A program made the position numbers and the translations under genes. The notes beneath the pieces are model-generated. The model saw only the letters and a program-made list of their open reading frames with translations. It had not been told where the DNA came from and did no database searches. Positions 1-11,578 of a stretch of 40,146 nucleotides of DNA are shown here, piece after piece; positions within the stretch are counted from its first letter, which is position 1; each line of letters starts with the position of its first letter. This DNA comes from Octopus bimaculoides (taxonomy: Eukaryota): assembly GCF_001194135.2 (NCBI RefSeq), contig NC_068984.1, positions 6,390,443 to 6,430,588 of the forward strand, in the 5' to 3' direction.

Positions 1-236
1 GGCACATAAAAGACACCATTTCGAGCGTGGCCGTTTTCGTGCGGGTGACACGTAAAAGCACCCACTACACTCTCTGAGTGGTTGGCGTTAGGAAGGGCAT
101 CCAGCTGTAGAAACTCTGCCAAATCAGACTGGAGCCTGGTGTTGCCATCCGGTTTCACCAGTCCTCAGTCAAATCGTCCAACCCATGCTAGCATGGAAAG
201 CGGACGTTAAACGATGATGATGATGATGATGATGAT
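1..236 (+). mobile_element. 3' part of an octopus-type SINE/RTE-tail repeat ending in (GAT)n
   Basis: Ends CCAACCCATGCTAGCATGGAAAGCGGACGTTAAACGATGATGAT... The same tail recurs degenerate at ~12715 (+), ~18326 (-), ~21110 (-), ~25030 (-) and 29437 (-). The start matches the reverse complement of the 66-bp unit at 29477-29740. Confidence 0.8.
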
Positions 237-1298
237 GTAACCAAATGCCTAGCATTATTTGATTTGTCACTCTATACTTTGAGAGTAATTTTCATTGATG
301 CCCAAAATAGATTTCCCTCAAAAAATTTGGCATTGTGCATAGGCAAAATTTTTCAATACTGTCACCATTAGTTTAGTGTATTTCCATGCTGGTTTGATAT
401 GAATTTGCACTGTAGTGTAGTTTCAACTGTTCATATTCTACTTTAATGCACGTTCATATCTCAACATTGTAAAACTGAATTTAATTTGAGCGAAGCTTTT
501 TTTAAACCTTCCTTCTTTCCCTTTAACTCAGTCATACGTTAAATAATTTTCAGTATTGCCTGAACACCTTTTCACTAATCTCATGATTGAACCTCACATT
601 CTTATTTGTCAACTAACCACAAAACCTTGAAATTTCCTTCAAATGGTGTTTTAAAAATGGGGTCATATATTACATTTTGAACCATATAATTTTGGAATGA
701 ATGCATTATTTAACTGTTTAAATGCATATCATAGGTGATTATGGTTATAAACAAAACTATGAAATATGGCAGAATTACCTGTATAACAAAACTATCAGAA
801 GATACCAATGGGAAAATTTGTACAAATGAAAGTGAATAGATGAATAAATAACTTACAAAATGTTGAAAGACTCCAAGTTAAGAAATTCAGATTATTGTGA
901 ACACCAAACAAAATTATGCAAGTAATGGATAAAATGAGAAAAACAATATGTATTTCTTTTTAATATTATACTTGCTAAAATAATAAAAATGCAAAATAGT
1001 AAATATAATAAACTTTTAGATACTTCAGTTCTGTAAATATCATCTCATTTCTCTTTGCCCTATGAGATGAAATTTTTCCTGAGGAGAAATATTTAGTTCA
1101 CATTAAACTCAAAAGAAATGGAATTATAGACATTATATATAGAAAAATGTTTAACAATCTATAACAAGTCACTAATTGGGATATATGCTTGTGTTCTTAT
1201 GCTCATGTATCTATAAAGATTTCATATAGCCAATACCGGTAAACACGACTTAGGCTTGTGCATAAACATACATACATACATGTAGATATATATACATA

Positions 1299-1338
<40 letters not shown>

Positions 1339-2409
1339 CATTCACACACAAGCACACACATAAAAACGCGAAAGTGTGTATTACTGAGTAATCGGAAGTT
1401 ATACTCTCCAACCTATAATTGGTGTGTTGTTGGCATTAGTCAGGGTATTTGGCTATATAACTGTAAAGAGGCAGAGTAGGGGGGGAAAAAAGAAATTAAA
1501 TGCTTAAAGTAAGCAATAGTATTTTCCACAAACATAAAAATCCTTTTCTTGAAAGTAAAACACACAATGGGCTGGAAAGTTTCATGCCAATAGATTAGAG
1601 CTGGAGATGAGCCATACATAAACTATTCTGACCCATATACACATGCCAGAAGAGCAAAAACTAAAATTACATTTAAATGCATGTGTATGCATTTGTATCT
1701 GTGTATACACAGTAATAAATTCATACTTTTATATTCACACACTCGGAGAGTTTCAAAGAAAATAATGAAATGGCATCAAAGGAGACATCATTGCTTATCA
1801 TTATCTCACAAGGGAAATAACCATTATGTACATTAAAATGGAAGTACTCTTTCAACTTATATATTTAAAAACTGTTGCCAAACACCATTTTTAAATCTAT
1901 AGGTCCATGATTTTTTTATATTCTGAACTAACCGAAAATTCTATCTCAATTTTAATTCTATTGTTTTTATTCTCATACTTACTACAACTTTCTCTGTTCT
2001 CATTACCCCTCACCCCACTGTAGTCTTTTCCATAACTAGTTATATAAATATTTAACATATTCATTTTACATCACAAACATTTTTACTCAGAACTAGTATA
2101 TTTGAAACAACTGCATCAAACTGAAATTAGGGTTGTTTTCAATTTAAACACATAATCCTTTGCATTTCAATGAAATTTCAATAAAAACAGTGAGAGAATT
2201 ATTTCCATCATTACATGGCTGAATTTGAACTCGTTTATCAACTGCCAAAAATAAATGATTACTAAACATTTATCCCCTTTATACATTACTGAGGTACCCT
2301 CTAGGGTTATAAGATAGAAATCTCCTATTAGTTTCACCCACTTGATCCTATATTTTTAAATATAAGTTTAAGATTTCAATGTGTCTACTTAGTGTGCTAT
2401 ATTCTTTAG

Positions 2410-2529
2410 GGGTTGAATTCTACTACACGCTTACCATCAAGTATGGAACAAGAAATGCAGTCAATAGAACGTGTCTTAACATGGAACTATTACAACTATA
2501 CAAGTGAAGAGCCTGCTGAACATAAACCG
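2410..2529 (+). CDS. Internal coding exon A of an unidentified gene: GLNSTTRLPSSMEQEMQSIERVLTWNYYNYTSEEPAEHKP
   Basis: Acceptor TTCTTTAG| at 2402-2409, donor CCG|GTGAGA at 2530. 120 nt, phase 0-0, only one open frame, and it joins in frame to exon 11315. Confidence 0.7.
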
Positions 2530-3103
2530 GTGAGAAAAGCATACACGATCGCAGTAAGAGCCTTGGCACTGATAGTTCATTCAAATTTATGGTGTTGAAA
2601 CAGTCAATTTTCCTTCAATGTTCCTGGCTTACCAATCCTATATTTAGAGTATTACTAATTCCAAGTTCTTGTAGCACTTCGCTTCTAGAAATTACATGAC
2701 TCCAGCATTTCCCTTATCCACTTCCCGTTTGAAGTATTTTTAAAAACTCTAAATTGTTGTTGTTTCAGTTAATGTTATTCTGTTTCAGACATGTATATAT
2801 ATTCATTATGTCTCTTTGCAAAATCTTTCCTTCCACCCACTTTCTCTCATATTGCGCTTTTAAATGAATATATTGCTCAATATAAACAAAACTCAATACA
2901 CACACACACACATCATATATCTACAATACTTTCTTATAACAGAAGCCTGATGAACTGGCATACAGAATAGGATACCACATTTCACGATGGGTGATATCTA
3001 GATCCATTAAGTTTTCATTTCACAGCTTAGTAGAATTCAGTTCACCTATCATTCATTGAGGAGATTATAAAATAAATCCTTTAATCCCTTGAAATTGATT
3101 TAA

Positions 3104-3309
3104 CCCCTTTGAAACCATATTTTTGTAGAAATATACTACCCTCACTTCAATTAATTTTGAAAATAATGAAGATTTTATTTTAAAAAAAAAAACTTGGAGC
3201 TTGAATCATAAGTTAACCTGAAATTTCGATGAAAGATTTTAATTTTGACGACTTTAAAACATGGAAGTTTTCTCACAGAACTGGTCTCAAGTAGTTGGTA
3301 TCAAAATGG
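3104..3309. mobile_element. piggyBac-like MITE
   Basis: TTAA on both flanks (3100-3103, 3310-3313). Imperfect TIRs CCCCTTTGAAACC / GGTATCAAAATGG. No coding capacity. Confidence 0.7.
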
Positions 3310-3390
3310 TTAACTGACCACTATTTCCCTACTGGTGACCTAAATATGCACTCTATATTTCTCACTATACTAACAGACCACTCCGAGAGC

Positions 3391-3455
3391 ATAGTGGGAG
3401 CTTTTACGTGCTACCTGCACAGGAGCCAGCCCGGCGGCACTGGCAACGGCCACGA
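3391..3455. repeat. Single degenerate copy of the 66-bp SINE-associated unit
   Basis: GGGAGCTTTTACGTGCTACCTGCACAGGAGCCAGCCCGGCGGCACTGGCAACGGCCACG aligns by eye to the units at 29477-29740. Confidence 0.6.
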
Positions 3456-4392
3456 TGAAATGTTATTTTATTCAGGAAAATTAATTACTGTATAATGCAG
3501 GTCCCATAAGCATCTACTTTCAAGAGCAAGTTTGCCGTGAATATTAGTTCAATGTCAACTGTACCTGTCATCCCATGAGGTGAATAAAATAAAACCAGTT
3601 ATATAATAGATGTCATTGTGGTATTGTATGCTGGATTGCCTTACAACATTTTCTCACATCTGCTTCAAAATTAAATACCTCTGGTAACATATTGTCCCTT
3701 CGTCACCCTGAGATCAATATCAGAGGTACCAGCAGTATATCCGCTAGTGTTGTACGAATGTTAGTCGTATTGAGTCTTATTGATGATAGCTAAAATAAGT
3801 TTGCCTCACAACGACGTGCATGGCACTTTGAGCAAGCATTTTCTAATAATAGCAATGAATAGTTACATCGAAGATGAAATTTGACCTCTGTTTCAATTTC
3901 AGTAGAAACCAGTCCATTCCCCCTGCACCATAACTGAGTTCGGTGAAAACATGACCATCACAAAATAAATTTCGCTTTCATCTTTGGTTTTAGTTAAATT
4001 GACGATTAAAACGTTCAATAAGCAAGGGAAACTACTCTTAGAAAAAGTCTTTAATATTGACGTCCCTTTATATTTAAAGCCTATTCTAAATGATTTTTAC
4101 AAAAATTTAGACGTTCTACAGTTTGAAGTTTGAAATATGTAGTTCATTGCCTTTATCAACCATAATTACAAAAACGCATAAATGAATAAATTCGAGATCA
4201 GTTCATTCAGAATACGAGAGCGAATTGTTTGGTGAGGGGTAGTTGTTGTATTTGAGCCCCCTCCCTCCCGAACGACGCTCAGTCATGAAGAAAGCAATGC
4301 TCATTCTTCCATATTATGTTAACACTGGTAGAATCAGAATAATGTGTTGTGGGCACATACTCAATTAGAATATACGATTATACATAAATATT

Positions 4393-4590
4393 AGCTGGCA
4401 GAATCGTTACCGCGCCGAGCAAGTGCATAGCGGCATTTCGTTCGTCTTCACGTTCTCAGCTCAAATTCTGCCGAGATCGGTTTGTCTTTCATCCTTTCAG
4501 GGTTGATAAAATAAGTACCAGTTGATCACTGGAATCGATATGATCGACTTACCTCTCCTCTGTGCCAAAATTTGAAACGAATATTAAAAC
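4393..4590 (+). mobile_element. tRNA-derived SINE (CTGGCAGAATCGTTA family), CpG-intact copy
   Basis: A-box-like CTGGCAGAATCG, B-box-like CTCAAATTC, body TTTCATCCTTTCAGGGTTGATAAAATAAGTACCAGTTG. Same family as 32657-32975 and 35573-35762. Confidence 0.75.
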
Positions 4591-4867
4591 ATCTAGTCTA
4601 ATAGATTCAAATCTACCCAGTAACCCACCAGAAAGATCTGCGTACAATGCCAACTAAATCTCTCGAATAAATTACACGCTTTATTTATTTATTTATTTAT
4701 TACAATAAATCACTTGTCTCAAATTAAAATTTTGCAAATTCATTTTATTTATTACCGATGTATCGAACAATTTGAAAAAGTTTATATAACATAAGAAAAT
4801 TTTTTTAAATATGCATTTGATATTTTCATTCCCCACATAGTCAAGTGATTATCAATTCTTGACGAAA

Positions 4868-4963
4868 GTAAAGAATATGTACACCCGGTATTTAGGGCTA
4901 GGGTTTAGGGTATAGGGTTAGGGTTTTTTGTTAGGCCGAAAATGGATGGTCCGTACTCTTTAC
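4868..4963. repeat. Small element with five degenerate TTAGGG units between imperfect inverted repeats
   Basis: TTAGGG CTAGGG TTTAGGG TATAGGG TTAGGG at 4892-4923. GTAAAGAATATGTACACC (4868) is an imperfect inverted match to GGTCCGTACTCTTTAC (4948-4963). Confidence 0.55.
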
Positions 4964-5196
4964 CTCCGTCCAGTTCTTTTCGATTCCCAACACAATGAAT
5001 GTCACGCTAAATGTATTTGCATTACTACACACCAATTTTTTTTTTTATGATTACACACACACATATCCGATATGCCATATAAGTACCCCTATAACACACG
5101 CTACCAAGGAACTTGCACCACACTTAAAACAAAACAAAGTCAATAGGACAGTAACAAAGAGCAGAGAGAGACATTAACGTGTGAATAAAAACATAT

Positions 5197-5400
5197 TTAA
5201 CATGAACGGGAAAGTTCCCTCGTCAGCTGTCTACCGAGAGGTGTGCACTGTATTTCGTTGATAAGAAATACACCTATGCACCAGTGTGGGAGTGGTGCAT
5301 TAACACTGAAGCTTTCTAAATATCTTGGTATTTTCTGACTCGCCTCAAAACCTCGAGGTACACCAGTCCGTGCACCAAACACGAAACAGTGGTTGAAAAG
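5197..5400 (-). other. Structured GC-richer element ending in a half hammerhead core (probable Penelope pLTR relic)
   Basis: Minus strand reads GACAG CTGACGA GGGAA CT TTCCC G, but the following AAA and stem III are absent. Two 8-bp hairpins lie nearby (TGTATTTC/GAAATACA, ATGCACCA/TGGTGCAT). Confidence 0.35.
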
Positions 5401-6029
5401 GCCTGATCTAATAGATTTTAATTATTGTAACCTGATAATCATTCACAGTAACACAGAGAACCGGCACTTTGAATGTAAGGGAGACAACTCTCTGTAATTT
5501 AAAAATATCAAGAATATTTATGAAGCAGTCATTTATTCATTTCTGGCAGTTGATCGGAATAGTACTTTATCTTTACACAATTTTAAAACTGTTTTGAGTT
5601 CTGAAGACTTGAAATATAATAAACCAAATTCGGAATTAATCATTTCACCACATAACGCGTTTAAACAATTCAAATGTAACGCCTTTTTCTATCAGGTGTT
5701 AGAAACTATGGAATTACGTTATTTAGGCACTCATGTTAAAAGAAGTGTCTACGAAAATATCAAATACATTAGCAGCGTGATTTATTCTTATCACTGACAA
5801 TAACTTTCCTGGCTATGAAGGAATGTTAAGTCCAGTGGTAACTGAAATAACAGGTTTTCTCTTAGGTGAACAGGCCGTGCTCGTGTCACTTTACAAATTC
5901 GTTGACTCTGACAAGTAGAATGGAGGAAGGTGTCTTCAAATTTGGGTGCCAGGCCCGATTACCTGCAATAGAGTGAACTTCGTTAAAGGGATCCAAATTG
6001 CTAGATGGTGGTGTTAAACCGAGTGACAG

Positions 6030-6190
6030 ATTAAGTCTAGCCCTCAAGTAGATCCTACCCAGATTTGAACTCGGATCAGAGAGAGCCGGAGCAACTACCG
6101 CAAGGCACCCGGTCCAACGTTTTTACAGTTCCGCCAATTCACTTTTCTGGATTGGCATTTTATTCATCGAGTCCAAAAGGATGAAAGGCA
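6030..6190 (-). mobile_element. Degenerate tRNA-derived SINE fragments
   Basis: Reverse complement contains GTGAATTGGCGGAACTG...GAGTTCAAATC (A/B boxes) and TTTGCCTTTCATCCTTTTGG, as in the 4393 family. Confidence 0.5.
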
Positions 6191-6414
6191 AAGCTGGGTC
6201 TCAAATGTATGTACGTGTCTTTGCATGTGTGTGTGTGTGTGTGTGCATGCATGCATGCATGTATGTATGTATGTGTGTGTGTGCGCGCGTGCATGCATGT
6301 ATGCACATACGGATGCATGTATGTAATGTCACGGTCGCTCGCGCCTGTTAAGGGGAAAATTTATACAAAATACGTAATTGATTTATTCCCTTTTAAATAC
6401 ATTTATTATATTAA

Positions 6415-6511
6415 GGGCATTACTACACATAAATCCTTCGCTGTCGGTACACTGTATATTTATTAAGGTAGTTTTGACTTTAAGAGTCCCTTATAACGTG
6501 TAGTAATGCCC
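6415..6511. mobile_element. 97-bp MITE with TTAA flanks and GG..CC termini (Kolobok-like)
   Basis: Perfect 22-bp inverted repeat TATATTAAGGGCATTACTACAC (6407-6428) / GTGTAGTAATGCCCTTAATATA (6498-6519), including TTAA on both sides. Confidence 0.6.
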
Positions 6512-7396
6512 TTAATATATATATATATATCTTGTGTATTTTGTAATTTTCTATTCTAGCTTAGTAGAAAAATCACTTACTCTTCAGTTCTACCTTCGGG
6601 AGTGAGTAGACAGGGTTGTGTAAAACCTGGAAATCTATTTTTCAGACGTTCGACACATTCTTGTCATATTTTCCACTCTTATATAAATACTTGTGGGTTT
6701 ATAGCAACATAGCAAAATATATGATTAAATCATGTAAGAAAAATACTGGAATTACTAAAACTTAATTTATTTTTCCATATTTTTTATCGATCTTATTTCA
6801 AACTCCAAATTTACAAACAATATTGAATTCCAAATTAAAAATAGAGATATATGAAAAGAAAGAATTATACTTTCTCTAAATATTTTTGAAACGTTCTTTT
6901 TCTTTTTATAAGAAAAAGAATAGTTGTCAAAATTGGTCAATATTCAAAACTGTGGCTGCTAATAATTGTCAGCCATCAGCAGACAAGCTCTTCTTTGTGG
7001 TCGCTCGATTTGCGTGAAGTAGCAGCCAAACATCCACTCAAAACATGCTTTACAAGCTTTAAAAAAAAATGCATTTTAAATAATGTAGTTCAAAGTATAC
7101 TATGCCCCATAAAAAAAGAAAAAAGAAAGAAAAAGAGCTGCTAGTCATTATTGAAATGTTTTTGATCCTATGTTAAGGCTGGCCTTGGGCTAAACAACAA
7201 TGTCGTCTGCTCCAACTTCTATAATGAAACCAAGAAAGCAAACATTTCAACCAAACAGGTTTAAGTGGGAGGGTTACTGTTGATTAAATTATTTCGGTAA
7301 TTAATAATTACTATATATAGTAATAATCAAGAAGAAAAGAAAGCGACAATTATTCGTCCAAATGATATCATATAGGGTGAATGAAAGCCAGCAAAT

Positions 7397-7768
7397 AATA
7401 AGAGCACTCAGAGAGCGCAAACCTCCGCCACGGCAGCACCAACGTCCTCTCGACGATTAGCTGGAGATGATTTTTAAAATGAGGATATCTGAAATAATCT
7501 CGATTGCTCTCACAAACGAGAATACTAAAAATGAACCTGATCGCTGTGAAAAATTACGTAAAACAAAAAGAACAAAAAAAAACGTAAAAATAATCCAGAA
7601 TTCTTGTCCGGAACCGGATCGATTTCCAAATCTAATCAGTTCATGTTAGTCACGCGGCCAAACATCCCTGAAAGTTTCATCCGAATCCATCCAGCGGTTC
7701 TTGAGATATCTTGTCCATGGACAAACAAACAAACACAACTGAAAAACAATACCTCCGCCTTCACTTGG
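7397..7768 (+). mobile_element. Non-autonomous Helentron-associated (HINE/DINE-1-like) element, 3' truncated
   Basis: Starts AATAAGAGCACTCAGAGAGCGCAAACCTCCGCC and has an internal AAAGTTTCATCCGAATCCATCCAGCGGTTCTTGAGATAT motif. An (AAAC)n tract is followed by a second ACCTCCGCC near the end. The final hairpin arm is missing. Confidence 0.55.
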
Positions 7769-9335
7769 TTCAGCTATAAAGAGCATATTTCACTTTTTTT
7801 AATCATTAAACAAACATCATCACAAAATGTCTATAAAAATGTTGGTTTCAGATTTTGAAGATAAAATTATCATTAATCTTGAAGACTATTTTTTCAATTA
7901 TTGGCATATTTAATAACAAAATATCAATTTCTAAACATTAAAAAATAAAAATCAATGAATTTTCTTTTTTGTTTTTAATTAAAGAAACACAAATTAATTC
8001 ATGTTTAACAGAAAAGGTTGAAAAGTAAAACAATAGCAATAGGGTCATTGACTTCAGCGGTTAATTATTAATATTTAATGTTAATTAGTGAAGAATTAAA
8101 AGTAATTTTGAAATACTTACATAAATTATAAATATCTTTCTTCCTTTCATTCCAATACAAACATACAGGTAAAACTATTTAAGCAGTAAATTATCCAGTT
8201 TTGTGGAGTTCGCTGAAGTTGCAGTGTTTAAATGGTGAACTACAGGAACCTTTTAATCTGGTCTTACGTAATACTAGAAATAGCAGCAAGATGTCCTTTT
8301 AATCATATCATACTTCGAGAAAAAAAAATACAAGGACACAATACGATAATGTAGTTCTAATGACGAATGAGTTAAAATGACGAAAAAGTCATGATTTTAG
8401 CGTTTTATACAGAGATTTCACATAAAACGATTTTAATATATTAAGAGCCATAATTAATAATCTATTTAACCACTGCTTATTAAAAACTCAATATTCATGA
8501 AATAAACATGAGATATTTTTTATAAACACTTGATGTATGACAATTTTTCATACATGAACAATTTTCAATCAATTATATTTGCAGCAAATACTGAATATAA
8601 TTACAAAAATATAAAATACTTTTCAATTTCTCTAACTATACAAATTTTTTTAATAAAAATACAATTATCAAGGGAAATAACTTTACTTAAAATATAGTAA
8701 AAACAGTCATTATCTCCCCATGAAAAAATGGAAAAAAAAAAAAGATTCTTTTCCAATATTTAGCCAAACATCGTTATTTATGATATAACGCATGCGCATT
8801 AATGCGAATAATTGTCGTCTGCTCAACAAAGAAGACGGGAAAATGAAAGACTTTTCGGTTCATTATGTCCTTTTAAAATCTTCTCTAAATTTTGGTTGAA
8901 ATTTTATTAGTTTAAACTGATAAATCCATTGAGGGTATACAAGTGCCAGAAAAAATAACATATGAATTTCTCTCCGACATTGTAGTGACCCTGCCAATTC
9001 ACCACTAATGAAATAAGTCAGCAAACTGCTTTTTTTTTTATCTTCTAATGGCAAACCNNNNNNNNNNNNNNNNNNNNNNNNNNNNNNNNNNNNNNNNNNN
9101 NNNNNNNNNNNNNNNNNNNNNNNNNNNNNNNNNNNNNNNNNNNNNNNNNNNNNNNNNNNNNNNNNNNNNNNNNNNNNNNNNNNNNNNNNNNNNNNNNNNN
9201 NNNNNNNNNNNNNNNNNNNNNNNNNNNNNNNNNNNNNNNNNNNNNNNNNNNNNNNNNNNNNNNNNNNNNNNNNNNNNNNNNNNNNNNNNNNNNNNNNNNN
9301 NNNNNNNNNNNNNNNNNNNNNNNNNNNNNNNNNNN

Positions 9336-9597
9336 CGAACCGCTATGTTACGGGGACGTAAACACACCAGCATTGGTTGTCAAGCGATGTCGGGGGGACA
9401 AACACAGACACACAAACATATACACACATATATACGATGGGCTTCTTTCAGTTTCCGTCTACCAAATCCACTCACAAGGCTTTGGTCGGCCCGTAGCTAT
9501 AGTAGAAGACACTTGCCCAAGGTGCCATGCAGTGGGACTGAACCCAGAACCATGTGGTTGGTAAGCAAGCTCCTTACCACACAGCCACTCCTGCGCC
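9336..9597 (-). mobile_element. tRNA-derived SINE (GGCGCAGGAGTGGCTGTGTGGTAAG family)
   Basis: Reverse complement has A box TGGCTGTGTGGTAAG and B box GGTTCAGTCCC. Same family as 29247-29436 and 20668-20790. The 3' end runs into a gap. Confidence 0.85.
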
Positions 9598-9837
9598 TAT
9601 GTTGGGAAAAATTTTTTCCAACGGAAGAACAGGAGTTTCCAAAAATTTATAGAAGTAGATTACGACAATATCGTAGATTTAATACGAAAAGAAATAAAAA
9701 TGATCGGCTTCCACCTCAACACTGAAACACATCACAATTTTTTCCAAAATTTCAAGTTACTTTTTTTGATGTGAGTCAGTTTGTATGTGTGAGAGCCTAG
9801 TAAATTCTTTCTTTCTTTTTTTTTTTTTTGTCACAAT

Positions 9838-10092
9838 AAATTCCGATATAATCGTGATAAACAGCATCTGAAAGGTACCTATAGAAAATTTCACAAAAAA
9901 TATCCATTCTTGGGAAAGTTATGGGGAAATAAAGACAACTCCAGTGAATTTTACGAAACTTCTCTCCCCACTTTCAGAAAAGCTTTTTCAGAACAAAAAT
10001 TCTGATATAATCGTAATTTACACTATCTGAAGCATTTCTGTAAAAAATTTCTTCAAAAATAGCCATTTTTCTGGAAGTTATGAGGAAACAAA
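9838..10092. repeat. Diverged direct duplication (~95 bp units, ~160 bp apart), probably internal to a Helitron-type element
   Basis: AATTCCGATATAATCGTG...AAGTTATGGGGAAATAAAG (9838-9935) vs AATTCTGATATAATCGTA...AAGTTATGAGGAAACAAAG (9998-10092). Confidence 0.55.
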
Positions 10093-10169
10093 GCCGTGCG
10101 GCGCGGCACAATTGTGTAGGTATGCTTGTTCTAATAAACCATTATTGAATTTATCAAGTATCATTTTTA

Positions 10170-10713
10170 TTATTGAGCGAGAGAGCAGCACATACCATCC
10201 AAGTGATACTGAGGTATGAAGCCCAATATACCCATCACAACTACCTGCCTGATATGGGTACACCAGGCACATGCATCACAACCATATGTGCGCAACATGG
10301 TGATCTCATATCAAGATAAACAGCGCATAACCTTCCAGATGGGGCCCAGTTAGAGCTTTCTTCAGGTCAAGTAGCCCATCCCACTTAATAGGTCCCAGAA
10401 TGAGAGTTGTTTAAGGATAATGAACAAAACACCCATGTTTCCAGAGGTGAATTATCCAAACCCCAAAGGATTCCTCTCAACACATGGCTATGATACTCCC
10501 CTACTATTTCTGCTCATGATCAGAGATGCACATATCGTCAGCCACCAAGGGACATGTTCAACTAGTTAAGGTCAAGCACCTCACAGGCACTTGTACTCAA
10601 CATAGTTCTCAGGGAGATTCAGCATGACACAAAGTGTGACAAGGCTGGCCCTTTGGAATACAAGTACTTCTCATTTTTGCCAGGAATTGAATTCACAGCC
10701 TTACGATCATGAG
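10170..10713 (-). mobile_element. Long tRNA-derived SINE copy with internal deletions
   Basis: Reverse complement begins with a tRNA-like head (GCTCATGATCGTAAGGCTGTGAATTCAATTCCTGG). The body matches a long octopus SINE as I recall it; not verified by search. Confidence 0.6.
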
Positions 10714-11314
10714 CATACATACATGCATGCATACATATATATCATCATCATCATACTCAGTAATATAATATCATATAACAATAGTTGTTTAAGGTAACTT
10801 GAATTTCAGATGCATTGGCATTAATGAGGTTTATCGCATAAATTAAAATGAATACTTTCTAGATGTTAATCATGCTCTCTTTTCATCACAAAATGTTTTT
10901 ATTTGTTGGCCTGTTTTTTACTGCTATTTCTTCCCTGTATCAAACAGGAACAGAAACGGATATAATGCATTATAATACATTACGTGTTGTCATTTAAACA
11001 AAGGTCAACCCTGAATAAACAGCCAAATTTATAACCAAAATATCCATGACTTGACCACTCTATCTTATGTTTCAGTCACAGCATATCTAGAATTACATTA
11101 ATTAACATGCCCTTTCCATTTTTAGAGAGTAGGTTGAAGGGGATTTGATTGTTATTTCTAGGAAATCAAGCAACCAGATGCTGGCTCACTTGTTATATGT
11201 CTTATAAACTGGGAAAGTATACTGACATACTATGGTTAAGTATGTCATCATTTAAATGCTGATAAGCCTGATATTTCTTTTTACTGATGTTAGTCTTTTA
11301 TTCCTATCTTTCAG

Positions 11315-11473
11315 GACAGGGAATTTACAGAGATGGATATGACTTTTAGTATTCCTCCTAATAAGCCTTCGGAGACACCTCCACCTTCACCTGATCCATC
11401 ATTGGCATCTTTAGAGCGAAGGAGGATGACAGGATGCTGTACTTGTAGGTTTTCTCCACAACGCCGATTCCTG
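11315..11473 (+). CDS. Coding exon B: DREFTEMDMTFSIPPNKPSETPPPSPDPSLASLERRRMTGCCTCRFSPQRRFL
   Basis: Acceptor TTCCTATCTTTCAG|, donor CTG|GTGAGT. 159 nt, phase 0-0, GC-richer than its flanks, protein-like composition. Confidence 0.85.
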
Positions 11474-11578
11474 GTGAGTATATGAAAAAATTAAAAACAA
11501 AATAATAAAGTAACTTTCATTGAACTAGGTTACAATTTACTGTTGTCTAGTAATAACATGATTTTATATATCTTGCAG

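Noticed and set aside
1228-1257. AGCCAATACCGGTAAACACGACTTAGGCTT loosely resembles the 26241 motif
   Set aside because: The CUGANGA core is missing altogether; too degenerate to call.
2440-2529. EMQSIERV resembles the ABCC motif ..MxSVERV.EY
   Set aside because: The flanking residues and the next exon do not match the ABCC linker or NBD2, and no Walker motifs are present.
9540-9597. tRNA-like A and B boxes here and at 4393, 10680, 29250, 32660 and 35573
   Set aside because: These are SINE heads; none forms a complete cloverleaf, so no tRNA gene is called.
11386-11404. PPPSP motif as in LRP5/6
   Set aside because: Single copy without the downstream S/T, and it precedes rather than follows the hydrophobic helix. 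It is a generic proline-directed site.
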